Origin: a virus
Direction: 5' to 3' (one strand)
Virus record (IMG/VR): IMGVR_UViG_2757320708_000001
Coordinates: 1 to 36,391 of that record
DNA: 36,391 nt
In this document: one piece after another, positions 17,742-27,372 of the stretch
Layout: each line of letters opens with the position of its first letter
Numbering within the stretch: the first letter of the stretch is position 1
The notes under the pieces: generated by a model
The model's database searches: none
What the model was told of the DNA's origin: nothing
What the model saw: the letters and a program-made list of their open reading frames with translations, nothing else
Program-made: the position numbers and the translations under genes

Positions 17742-20700
17742 ATGAGTTTCTTATTAAATCTTGGAGATTTAGGTACATTTTTTTCAGATGAGCTAACAGC
17801 ATTAGAGAATTTTGCAAATTTCTTAAGCTCTGATTTTATAAACTTTTTTAGTGCAGTAGTTAATGATATTGAAAATGTTGTAAGTTTCATAGGTCAGGCA
17901 ATTAGTGATATTCCAACTTTTATGCAAAAAATTGCTAACAATTTCTTGACGATTTTGCAAAACTTTGTACAAACTGCAATTCCAGTAGTTTCAGGATTTT
18001 TAACATTTCTTGAACAACAAATTATAAATGTATTTCAAGATTTGTCTTCTTTAGCTTCTACATTTATAAATGATGCATATTCATTTTTACAAGGTGTTGT
18101 AAATGCATTTGCAAATTTAATAAGTACAATAGTTCAAGATTTTCTAAATAATTTTGGTCAAAATATGAAACATATTAGTTCTGCAATTTCTCAAGTTACT
18201 CAATTTTTAACTCCATTTATCGCTCCAGTCACTTTAGGAAAATTTTTGCCAGCAATAATAGATAAATTAGCTGAAATTTTGCCAGAAGTTGAAATTGATT
18301 TAGCGCCAGTTGGCTTAGGCGGAAAAATTCCAATTAACTTTGGAGAAATTGTAAAAGCGTTTGCTGAAACTTCAGTTGACTTTTTAAATGAAGTAAGAGT
18401 AGAAATACAAACTACGCTTAAGGAGTTTATAAAAGAGCCATTTATTTCAGATTTTAAAATTACTGCGAGAGAAATATTTAATGAAATTGGTCTTGGAGAT
18501 TTACCATTTGCAGATCCTCCATTTAGATTAATTGCAAATTGGGTCGGTTCAAGATCATTTTCTGAAATTAAAGACCATCTTAAAGAAACAATTCTATTGA
18601 CTGGATTTCCAGCATGGTTTACTGATGCTTATCTAGAATCTCCAGTTGATGATTTTATACCAAGAAATCCGTTATTTAGACCAGTAAATATAAGAGATGT
18701 AATTTTAGCTTCACAATATGGAATTTTAGACTTTAGTGCAGTTTCTCAATATGCAGAAAATAATTTAATAACTCCAAAAACTGCAAAATTAATGTATCAA
18801 AATGAGACTGCGAGACTTTTACAAAGAGCAGTTGAAGAGGGAATTAGACAATTTGTAGTTACTCCTGAAAAAGCTTATCAAGAAATAATACAAAATGTTA
18901 ATTTAGCTGGTAAAGATTTATATCTAAAAGTTTTCTCTCTTGAGTACAATTATTCAGTTCAAAGAATTGTTAGACAGTTTTTAAGATCACTTTTATCAAG
19001 AGCTTTAACTAATTTTGGAAGACCATACATTGATCTAAAATTCCTAGAATCAACAGTTCAAAAATTATTTAAAGAACTAAATTATCCTGAAGAAGTTCAA
19101 AATGTTTTCAACATAATGATTGAACAATCTCAAATAGTTTATACTAATCAATTACTTTTGACACAATTAGAACAACTTACCAGATTAGGAATATTTGACG
19201 AAAAGAAAGTAAAAGCAGAGTTAAAAGCTAATAACTTTAATGAACAGATAGCACTTACAATTTTGAATTATGAACTTCAATATGTACAATTACAATATAT
19301 CTTGAAACAATACCAATTCATGTTACAAAATTATATTATTAGTACAAAAGATGCAGAAAATCAATTAAAGAAATTAGGCTTTGATTCATCTATAATTTCT
19401 GAGATAATTTTTGAATATCAAACAGCTCCATTAACAAAATATCAAATTAGCCAAATTGAAAGTTTGGCTAGAAAAGGATATTTATCAGTTGATGAAATTA
19501 AAAAACAATTACATTCATTAGGCATAATTAAGGAATTTGAAGACATATTTATCAATTACACAAGTCAAGAAATTCAAATATCAACAACTTTAAGTATTGT
19601 AAAAGAACAATTAAGAAACTTCCTAATAGATTCGAAAACTGTAGAAAATGAATTAAAAGCATTAAAAATTAATGATTATTTAATAAATGAGATAATTCAA
19701 GAAGAATATAACATAAATATATCTAAATTACAATTATCATATTTAGAAACTTTAGCTAAGAATTTATATTATGATCAAAATCAATTAGCCGGAGAATTAG
19801 CAAAAATTCTAAAAGATAAAACTGCAATAGATCTTTATACTCAAAAATTCTATTATGAATATGTATTTCCAAAAATTGTCAGTTATCACGTTAGTTTAGC
19901 AAGACATGGAATTTCCTCAAATATTTCAAACTTGCCAAAAGAAATTGTAGATTATGAAATTAATCCAGAAATCCAAATTTTCCAACTTACAACAGAATTA
20001 GAATATATAAAATCATTATTAAAAGATTTACAAATAACTCCAACAAATGCTGAAAACGAGTTAATAAAATTAGGAATGCAAAAAGATTTAGCTAATTTAT
20101 TTGTGCAAACTTATATTCCAACACTTTACAGTTTACATACAATTATTGGAAATATTATAGAAGGTCAACTTTACAAAGTTGGAAAAATTCCAATTAATTT
20201 AGGAAATGCAGAAACGCAATTAAGACAATTAGGAATTCCAGAAAACCAAATAAAAATAATTATTGAACAATATGAATCTTCATTTGGCTTAGAAATTTGG
20301 AGAAAATACTTACCTTCACTTTCTCAAATTGAAACTGCAATAAAATATAACTTTCCAATTAACCAATTAGTTGAATATTCATTTATACCATCTGAATTTC
20401 TTAACTTATATTCTAATTTATATCAATATGAATTAATTGGACAATATGTACAATCTTTGAGAAATGAATATATTCAACTTCTCACTTATGGAGTTCAAAA
20501 TATACAATTAGAGAATTTGCTAAAACAATATGGAATAAATCAAGTCCTATTAGAAGTTTTCAAATTATCAGCACAAATTAGAAAATTATTAATGGCTTAT
20601 CAAGAACTTTACATCACTCCATCTAAAGCACTCACAATTAGCGAATATATTAGCAATCCAAATCAACTTTTACAAAAAGTATTTTCCGAATTTCAAGTAC

Positions 20701-20918
20701 CAACAGATTTACAAAATACTTACTTAGAATATGCAAGAAATAGGAGACTTAGAACGTACGTAAATGAAATAATTTCAACAATCAATTTGTTATTTGAAAG
20801 ACAAAAAATAGATCTAAATACGGCTCAACAATACTTACAACAATTAAAACAATATGGTTTAACAAATGAAGAAATTCAATTAATCTTACTTAACTGGCAA
20901 TTAAGAAGTAACTATTAA
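17742..20918 (+). CDS. Large virion terminal-fibre protein (SIRV2 ORF1070 homolog)
   Basis: 1058 aa; helical N-terminus, conserved position, internal helical repeats. Confidence 0.9.
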   Translation: MSFLLNLGDLGTFFSDELTALENFANFLSSDFINFFSAVVNDIENVVSFIGQAISDIPTFMQKIANNFLTILQNFVQTAIPVVSGFLTFLEQQIINVFQDLSSLASTFINDAYSFLQGVVNAFANLISTIVQDFLNNFGQNMKHISSAISQVTQFLTPFIAPVTLGKFLPAIIDKLAEILPEVEIDLAPVGLGGKIPINFGEIVKAFAETSVDFLNEVRVEIQTTLKEFIKEPFISDFKITAREIFNEIGLGDLPFADPPFRLIANWVGSRSFSEIKDHLKETILLTGFPAWFTDAYLESPVDDFIPRNPLFRPVNIRDVILASQYGILDFSAVSQYAENNLITPKTAKLMYQNETARLLQRAVEEGIRQFVVTPEKAYQEIIQNVNLAGKDLYLKVFSLEYNYSVQRIVRQFLRSLLSRALTNFGRPYIDLKFLESTVQKLFKELNYPEEVQNVFNIMIEQSQIVYTNQLLLTQLEQLTRLGIFDEKKVKAELKANNFNEQIALTILNYELQYVQLQYILKQYQFMLQNYIISTKDAENQLKKLGFDSSIISEIIFEYQTAPLTKYQISQIESLARKGYLSVDEIKKQLHSLGIIKEFEDIFINYTSQEIQISTTLSIVKEQLRNFLIDSKTVENELKALKINDYLINEIIQEEYNINISKLQLSYLETLAKNLYYDQNQLAGELAKILKDKTAIDLYTQKFYYEYVFPKIVSYHVSLARHGISSNISNLPKEIVDYEINPEIQIFQLTTELEYIKSLLKDLQITPTNAENELIKLGMQKDLANLFVQTYIPTLYSLHTIIGNIIEGQLYKVGKIPINLGNAETQLRQLGIPENQIKIIIEQYESSFGLEIWRKYLPSLSQIETAIKYNFPINQLVEYSFIPSEFLNLYSNLYQYELIGQYVQSLRNEYIQLLTYGVQNIQLENLLKQYGINQVLLEVFKLSAQIRKLLMAYQELYITPSKALTISEYISNPNQLLQKVFSEFQVPTDLQNTYLEYARNRRLRTYVNEIISTINLLFERQKIDLNTAQQYLQQLKQYGLTNEEIQLILLNWQLRSNY

Positions 20919-20961
20919 ACAACTAAATAAATAAATTTGTCACATTTTTAAACTAGAAATT

Positions 20962-21777
20962 ATGAGCGTTAATTTATGTCATTATGAGGCGGAAAATATA
21001 AGTTATAAAGATTTAGAAAATCTTCAAGGTATGATATATTATGAGATAAAATATGATGGAACACATATTTGTTTAAAGTATGAAAATGAACTAAAAATTA
21101 ATACTAGAAAAGATATACCTCATGATAAAACATTTCAGAATTTGTTTTATCAAGTTCCAAATATTGATGAAATTATAAAATATATAAAAGAACATAACAA
21201 TTATATAATACATGGGGAACTTATACATAAAAAGACATCAGCATTACAGATTCACAAAAATGAAACTCCAGAATTTATAATTTATGATGTTTTTGATAAA
21301 GAAAATAATAGATATTTAAATCCATTTGAAGTTGATAGTGAAATTTACGAATGGTATCCAGAAATTTGTTTAGATTTAGATGATTTACTTGATATTATAA
21401 CTAAAGAAAAACTTGAGGGCTTAGTAGCTAAAATCTATAATCCGAAATTTGCAAATTGTGAAGAAGGCAGAAATTTTAACATGTGTCTTTTCAAATACAA
21501 ACCATATTTTTCAACTTTAGGAGTAATATTTAAACCAATTAGGAGAGAAATTGATGTTAGACAATTAGCGTTTCTTCTCGGCGAAATAGATAATGATTTA
21601 AAGAATAATAAAGATGAATGGTATAGAAATCATCCAGAACTTTACAAGTTCTTTATCGAAAATAAAGATAAAATAATACAGATACTACAAAACGAAAACT
21701 TCATATTACAAATTGAAGAAAATACACATTTAGACATTAAGAAAATTAAAGAATATATTACAAATTTCAAAAGATAA
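20962..21777 (+). CDS. ATP-dependent ligase-type nucleotidyltransferase, probably an RNA ligase (271 aa)
   Basis: Motifs in order: I EIKYDGT, Ia NTRK, III IIHGEL, IIIa FIIYDVF, IV EGLVAK, V FKYK. The C-terminal domain looks helical, with no OB fold. Confidence 0.85.
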   Translation: MSVNLCHYEAENISYKDLENLQGMIYYEIKYDGTHICLKYENELKINTRKDIPHDKTFQNLFYQVPNIDEIIKYIKEHNNYIIHGELIHKKTSALQIHKNETPEFIIYDVFDKENNRYLNPFEVDSEIYEWYPEICLDLDDLLDIITKEKLEGLVAKIYNPKFANCEEGRNFNMCLFKYKPYFSTLGVIFKPIRREIDVRQLAFLLGEIDNDLKNNKDEWYRNHPELYKFFIENKDKIIQILQNENFILQIEENTHLDIKKIKEYITNFKR

Positions 21778-21796
21778 CAACATTTAGACCAAGCCA

Positions 21797-21816
21797 TATA
21801 CATAATATTATGTATA
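21797..21816. promoter_or_regulatory. Perfect 20-bp palindrome TATACATAATATTATGTATA upstream of ORF564
   Basis: Self-complementary; related copies at 13522, 15904, 9923, 9983 and 26673. Confidence 0.7.
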
Positions 21817-21858
21817 AGCTATGTGTGTTTATTTCTGTCAAGTTAATAATTTTTTCAT

Positions 21859-23559
21859 ATGAGCTTACCATACAAAGTACGTTTTAAGTTACCGTTAGAA
21901 TTTCTAACGTTACAAGACTGGAATAATTTTGTGCAAAATTTGTTATTTATAAATCAATATGGTTCAGCAAAGCTATTACAATATTATCAAAATGGGAATT
22001 TTCAAAATCTAAATGATGTAATTGCTGACTATTTATTTGTTTCAGCTTTAAAAGTAGCTGGATATAATGTTCTTCATAATTTATCACAACCACAAGCTTA
22101 TACATTTGGGGAAGGAAAACAACAGCCATTTGAAAGCATGGCAAATAAACCAATAATTCAACTGAAGCCTGTAATATTTCCAATTCTAAATTTTCAGATA
22201 CAATTATCTAAAGTTAGTAAACAATTGCAATTATTAATTCCTAAACTAACAAGTAAAATTATAACTCCAAACCAAATTGCTGGAACACAATTCCAATTTT
22301 CTGGGAGTGCAAATTTACAACAAATAACTTCACAATATTTAGATCCATCATATTTACAAACTTGGAGAGAAATAATAATACAAAATTTAGGCAGTTCTGC
22401 AGTTCAAATTAATAATTCTATCTATTTAATGCCTAAAAATTGTTTAAAGATAACTGTAAGTTCACCAAGTGAAATTCAATTAACCGCACAAACTCCAACT
22501 TTGCTAAGTGAAGAAATTGAATTTGTTGGAATTCCAATAACATTTTATACAATTACGATAACAAATTCACAGAGTGATCCAACTCCATCTCCATTCCAAC
22601 AATTACTTCAACTTAATCTTTCTTCAATTTTATCAAGTTCTAGTCAATTATTAAATTTAGAATTTTGTTTAGATTCACAATGTAATACTCCACTTTACGC
22701 ATGGATTGAAAGTTATACTTCTGATTTATCAAGTGTTTATATTTGGATTAATTTGCCAACTTCAATACCAGCAAATTCATCAATTACAATTTATATGTTT
22801 ATAAGAAATTCAATTCAATATCCTTATACTGGAATGAGACCAGATTTATCCGCGAGTTATGCACAATATGATAACGGAAAAAATATATTTTTAATTTATT
22901 TTAATGGCAATGAACCATTATCTAATTTTAATAATCAAGGAAATTCATTAACTCAAATATCTACAACCGGACCGTTAGGAAATACAATAAATGCAATTTA
23001 TATAAGTGGTTATAATTCACATTTTGGATTTGTATATACTGCTAAGTATATATCAAATCAAGCAGTAATTGCAGAATCATCAGTGATAGATCTAGGAAAT
23101 CAAACAGGTGGATTAAATGCAGATAATGGATTTTCTTCTATAGTTGATAGTACTTCAATTGGTAATTTAAATGCAATAAGTGTGGATATGGGGTATTCTG
23201 GTTCTTATTTTTCTAATGATTATTTTATAAGTGGAACTCAAACTTCTGATTTAAACCCAGCAGGAACTGCAGTATCACAGTGGCTTTATGCATGGGTCGT
23301 ATATTCTGGAACATCAAGTACTTCATGGTATGGATGTATAGCACCTCAACTTTATAGCTCAACTAATGGTTATTGTGGTACAGTTGGCAATAATCCATTT
23401 TCTAGTTCTTCTCAATTATATTTAGGTATAATTGGTAGTGTAAATTCTAGTTATCAGTGGCAAACTGCATGGAATTTTATGAGGTTAAGAGCTTATCCTC
23501 CAAATAACGTAATGCCTTCAAATTCTCAACCACAAAAGACAATAGTTCTAGTCACGTGA
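21859..23559 (+). CDS. Minor virion protein (ORF564 homolog) with a DUF2341-like domain and beta-rich C-terminus
   Basis: MSLPYKVRFK start; ITITNSQ...PLYAWIE...IWINLP..IPANSSITIY pattern. Confidence 0.88.
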   Translation: MSLPYKVRFKLPLEFLTLQDWNNFVQNLLFINQYGSAKLLQYYQNGNFQNLNDVIADYLFVSALKVAGYNVLHNLSQPQAYTFGEGKQQPFESMANKPIIQLKPVIFPILNFQIQLSKVSKQLQLLIPKLTSKIITPNQIAGTQFQFSGSANLQQITSQYLDPSYLQTWREIIIQNLGSSAVQINNSIYLMPKNCLKITVSSPSEIQLTAQTPTLLSEEIEFVGIPITFYTITITNSQSDPTPSPFQQLLQLNLSSILSSSSQLLNLEFCLDSQCNTPLYAWIESYTSDLSSVYIWINLPTSIPANSSITIYMFIRNSIQYPYTGMRPDLSASYAQYDNGKNIFLIYFNGNEPLSNFNNQGNSLTQISTTGPLGNTINAIYISGYNSHFGFVYTAKYISNQAVIAESSVIDLGNQTGGLNADNGFSSIVDSTSIGNLNAISVDMGYSGSYFSNDYFISGTQTSDLNPAGTAVSQWLYAWVVYSGTSSTSWYGCIAPQLYSSTNGYCGTVGNNPFSSSSQLYLGIIGSVNSSYQWQTAWNFMRLRAYPPNNVMPSNSQPQKTIVLVT

Positions 23560-23567
23560 GGTCAAAC

Positions 23568-23732
23568 ATGATGTTCTTTAATTCAAAATTAAGTTCATTC
23601 GGCTTTAATTCAGAATTTAAAAATCTCCAGATTTGCCTCATACCGAACAAGTGCAATTTTGGAATTGATAATATAAAAATTATGAATATAGTTTTAAATC
23701 ATTTATTCAAAATTAAGCACGTAGTGATGTAA
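23568..23732 (+). CDS. Small hypothetical protein (54 aa), not in the ORF track
   Basis: GAGGT RBS; the ORF fills the gap between 23559 and 23735 almost exactly. Confidence 0.5.
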   Translation: MMFFNSKLSSFGFNSEFKNLQICLIPNKCNFGIDNIKIMNIVLNHLFKIKHVVM

Positions 23733-23734
23733 AA

Positions 23735-25270
23735 ATGTCTTCAACTTACTGCGTTCAATTACCAGAAAATCTTTTATTATTATCTATGACTACAGTAAAT
23801 CCTATAAACTTTACATCTTTGCAATTTTCATTAAGCGTAAATTCGCTAGTTATATTTCTATTCTCAAAATATCCTTTTAATTCTGGTTATTACAATAATT
23901 TTTGTATAAATCAAGATGAGTTTGGATTTGCACAAGTTGGACAAACTTTCAATATAGATCTATCAAATTATCAAGGATATTATATGCTAATTTTAATTTA
24001 TCCACAAGGAATTAATTTAAAGAGTTCTAAAAGTTGTGTCTCGATTCAAGGTTTAACTATGACTTTTCAGAATACAACAATTTCACCAATTACAAGTGAA
24101 ACTGTAATTAATAATTTTGATGGTCAAGAAGAAACCGGATTTTGTACATGTTATGATGGTCAAAGTCATGTAATAGAAATTCTATGTAATAATTCAAATT
24201 ATGTTTCTGCTATTTTATTAAATAATTTAAATAATCAATTACTAATAATGACTTGTCAAGGATTTGTATATGAAAATAATACAACTGTAGGATTTATAAC
24301 GCCAAGTACATGTGGTACTTTTGGTTCATATTTAACAGCAGAAATAACATTTATTGCAAATCAATCAGTTATAGATTTTCTAAATAATAATAATATCTCT
24401 TATAATATTTTATCATCTACTGAATGTCAACCAACTTATAAATTATTACCATGTACTTTACCATGTAAATCGTTTTACCAAATTACAAAATTATTATCTC
24501 CACCAACTAAATATTCTATAATATCTTCAAAATTATGGAATGAAATTGTACAAGACCTATATCTAACTTATAGTGTATTTAAATATATTAATTATTTAAC
24601 ACAATATGCATATTTAGACTATATATATCCTACAATTTTAGACTTTTATAATTTTTATGAAAACTTTCAACCATATCCATTTACTCAATTATTGTATGCA
24701 CAAAAAGGAATTCCATTAACTGTAAACGATTTTAACAAATTAATAGATGCAATTGTAAAATTAGCAAATGAAAATGATATAAAATTGAAAAAAGGACTTT
24801 CTTATGTTCAGCGTGATCAAGTCGTAAGAGCTTCACAATTTGCAAATATAGTTTATAATGTTAATCAATTTCTAACTTTTAATTATAATCAATATTTTCT
24901 ATTAGATTGTAATGGATCAATTTTCTCGAATTTATTGAATAAACAAAATGCATTTTTAAATGTCATAATTAATAATTTAGTAACTTCACTTAATATTCCT
25001 TCAAACGTTTATATTAAAAACTTATTAATATATACTTTAAATCAAACTATTTATAATTATGGTGTAATAGATAAATTAATAATTAATATTAATAACGGCG
25101 AAATTTATCTTAATGGAAATTCATTTATAAATTTTCTACTTATAACTGACAATAATAATAATATTTATGTAAATGATAATTCAGTAATAAACAATTTAAT
25201 TTGTATTAGTAATACTGGCACTATAAATATCTCATCAAATGCAATAATTAAAAATAATCAATGTGCTTAA
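23735..25270 (+). CDS. Putative virion/adhesion protein (511 aa; C-half probably ORF309-like), with a C-terminal Asn/Ile beta-helix-like region
   Basis: Position after ORF564, W/F-N anchor motifs and NxIxI repeats. Confidence 0.7.
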   Translation: MSSTYCVQLPENLLLLSMTTVNPINFTSLQFSLSVNSLVIFLFSKYPFNSGYYNNFCINQDEFGFAQVGQTFNIDLSNYQGYYMLILIYPQGINLKSSKSCVSIQGLTMTFQNTTISPITSETVINNFDGQEETGFCTCYDGQSHVIEILCNNSNYVSAILLNNLNNQLLIMTCQGFVYENNTTVGFITPSTCGTFGSYLTAEITFIANQSVIDFLNNNNISYNILSSTECQPTYKLLPCTLPCKSFYQITKLLSPPTKYSIISSKLWNEIVQDLYLTYSVFKYINYLTQYAYLDYIYPTILDFYNFYENFQPYPFTQLLYAQKGIPLTVNDFNKLIDAIVKLANENDIKLKKGLSYVQRDQVVRASQFANIVYNVNQFLTFNYNQYFLLDCNGSIFSNLLNKQNAFLNVIINNLVTSLNIPSNVYIKNLLIYTLNQTIYNYGVIDKLIININNGEIYLNGNSFINFLLITDNNNNIYVNDNSVINNLICISNTGTINISSNAIIKNNQCA

Positions 25271-25339
25271 TATAGAACTTTTACATATTCGGTTTTAATT
25301 TTAAATTAAAAAGTTCTAAATTTGACCTCATAATGCTCT

Positions 25340-25822
25340 TCATAATTTGCAAAATATAAATTCTTTATTATCATCAGTTATAAAAGTTAGAACTGTGCCG
25401 TATAATTTTCGCATTAAATCAAAACGGTTCTCTGTCCAATCATGAATAGCTATACAATATTGTTTGTATTTTTGTAATTGAGAAAAATCAAGTTTACTTT
25501 CGCATCCCTCACAATCCATAACTAAAATATCAGCATTTGGATATTCTTTTCCAGTCCATTCGCCGTAAACTTCAACTTTATCACATATTTGAAATTCTTT
25601 ACAAACTTTTTCTTTAAATCTTTTATTCAGCTCATCACTTTTTTCATAACCAATTATTTTCTTTGCACCTTTAAGAAGAAAATACAAAGCAGAACTTCCA
25701 CAATCATTTCCAATTATTATAATTGTTTTATTTTCAACTTGCAATTTTCCATATGCATAATCAAACTCATGCCAATAACAACACTCTAATTTACAAAAAT
25801 AATCTTTATAATTTATACTCAT
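25340..25822 (-). CDS. SAM-dependent methyltransferase (ORF158a homolog)
   Basis: IIIIGNDCGSSALYF...IIGYE motif I/II and FkbM-like MDCEGCE. Confidence 0.85.
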   Translation of the reverse strand: MSINYKDYFCKLECCYWHEFDYAYGKLQVENKTIIIIGNDCGSSALYFLLKGAKKIIGYEKSDELNKRFKEKVCKEFQICDKVEVYGEWTGKEYPNADILVMDCEGCESKLDFSQLQKYKQYCIAIHDWTENRFDLMRKLYGTVLTFITDDNKEFIFCKL

Positions 25823-25824
25823 GA

Positions 25825-26628
25825 TTAAATGACCTCAAACAAAGCATAAACTTTAGCTTTCCCGGTAGCCCATGCGTAAACATTTGCAGGATTATTTACA
25901 TGTATTTCCAAACTATCATTTTGTAGAATTGGAAAATTATTATATAATTGATTTCCAATATAAACTATATAATTACTAAGATTTTGTAAAATTATTCTTA
26001 CAGTTTCTATAGATGGACCGGAATAAAGTGGACTTGGAGTTGTAGAAACATCAAGTTGAAGACCTTCAATAGTCGGCGGTGATAAATACAAACTTAATTT
26101 ATTTATTGTATTAGCTAAACCAACTGTAGCTAAATATACATAGTCAAGTACATATTCTATAGAATTCGCAATAACATAAATTGCATTTTGTAATGAAATT
26201 CCTAATTTTTTAGAAATTGAATTTATCAAAATATAAAATGACTCATAAAAGTTATCAAAATTTTGTGTAAGTGTATTACTAATTTGATTAGGTAATTTGA
26301 TAATTGAGTAATATAATTGTTCATTTGAATATAAAATTAAATTTATTTGTTGTTGAGCAGTTGAAATAAATCCAGCGATATAAATTGGATCTAGTTCTGT
26401 TAAAACTGGTTGTCCAGCTATATAAATTTCATCATAGAAAAATCCAGAACTAGCATTTATTGAACCTGGAATTGTTAAATTTCCATTTTTTAGAATTGAA
26501 GTAACTGCATTTCCACCAGTTTCATAAAGTTGAATTAGCAAAAGTGATGCAGTGTTCCACATGGAAGAAGTAAGTCTTTGAAACGGTGAAGCTAACAAAC
26601 TTGAAATTGATGTATATGTAATGCTCAT
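25825..26628 (-). CDS. Conserved rudiviral protein (ORF269 homolog), probably structural
   Basis: Size and position; N-terminal RLTSSMWN motif; C-terminal beta domain resembling ORF564 residues. Confidence 0.8.
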   Translation of the reverse strand: MSITYTSISSLLASPFQRLTSSMWNTASLLLIQLYETGGNAVTSILKNGNLTIPGSINASSGFFYDEIYIAGQPVLTELDPIYIAGFISTAQQQINLILYSNEQLYYSIIKLPNQISNTLTQNFDNFYESFYILINSISKKLGISLQNAIYVIANSIEYVLDYVYLATVGLANTINKLSLYLSPPTIEGLQLDVSTTPSPLYSGPSIETVRIILQNLSNYIVYIGNQLYNNFPILQNDSLEIHVNNPANVYAWATGKAKVYALFEVI

Positions 26629-26759
26629 ATGTTTATATACTTAAATTGTAGTAAAAATAAACTCATAACTTATATATCATATTATGTATATCACTTGATC
26701 TAATTGTCCTCGTTACGAATTAACAATATTTTAATTTGTCATGAACTGGAAAAATAATT

Positions 26760-27365
26760 ATGAAAATCTTTACTTTTGCAGGTTATACAAAGCATTTAGA
26801 AGAATTAGATTTTGATTATGTAGTTGTGGACAAAACTTTTAATGATTTAACTCCCCAGTTAATCGATAAATATTCAGATAAAATAATCTGGAATGAGACA
26901 AATAGTAACATAAGATGGATCAGAATTGCTAAACAATTACTTAAAATTCTAGAAGTAGTTAAAGATTTAGATGATGATATATTTGCGATAATTGATAGTG
27001 ATCTAATAGTTCCAAAAATACGTGAAATTGATCCACAAAATAAAATTTTGACTTTATGCTATTGGCTCTATTACGAGTGGGCTAATGAAATAAGACCTTT
27101 CTGCTCTGGAACAAACTACATTTTCAATAAAAAACATATTGTAATTTTAGAAACTGCAATAAATGTTTATTTAGAAAAAGAATATTATAAAGAATTTCCA
27201 GTGGATATATTTCTACATGACCATATTTTGCATATAAATATATTAAAATTAGGAACTATACATTATGTAAAAACTCCTGAAGGAGAAAAAAGAATGGAAT
27301 TTACATTTGAAAATATAAATCAAGTATTTAAACATATTCCTGAATTTGTATTAATAGCATGGTGA
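26760..27365 (+). CDS. GT-A-like glycosyltransferase (ORF176 homolog)
   Basis: IIDSDL DxD motif; position upstream of the GT-B gene. Confidence 0.75.
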   Translation: MKIFTFAGYTKHLEELDFDYVVVDKTFNDLTPQLIDKYSDKIIWNETNSNIRWIRIAKQLLKILEVVKDLDDDIFAIIDSDLIVPKIREIDPQNKILTLCYWLYYEWANEIRPFCSGTNYIFNKKHIVILETAINVYLEKEYYKEFPVDIFLHDHILHINILKLGTIHYVKTPEGEKRMEFTFENINQVFKHIPEFVLIAW

Positions 27366-27372
27366 GGTTAAA

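Noticed and set aside
20962-21777. Calling the ligase a DNA ligase or mRNA capping enzyme
   Set aside because: It lacks the Arg after KxDG, the Asp of DGE and an apparent OB domain. Not excluded experimentally, but less likely.
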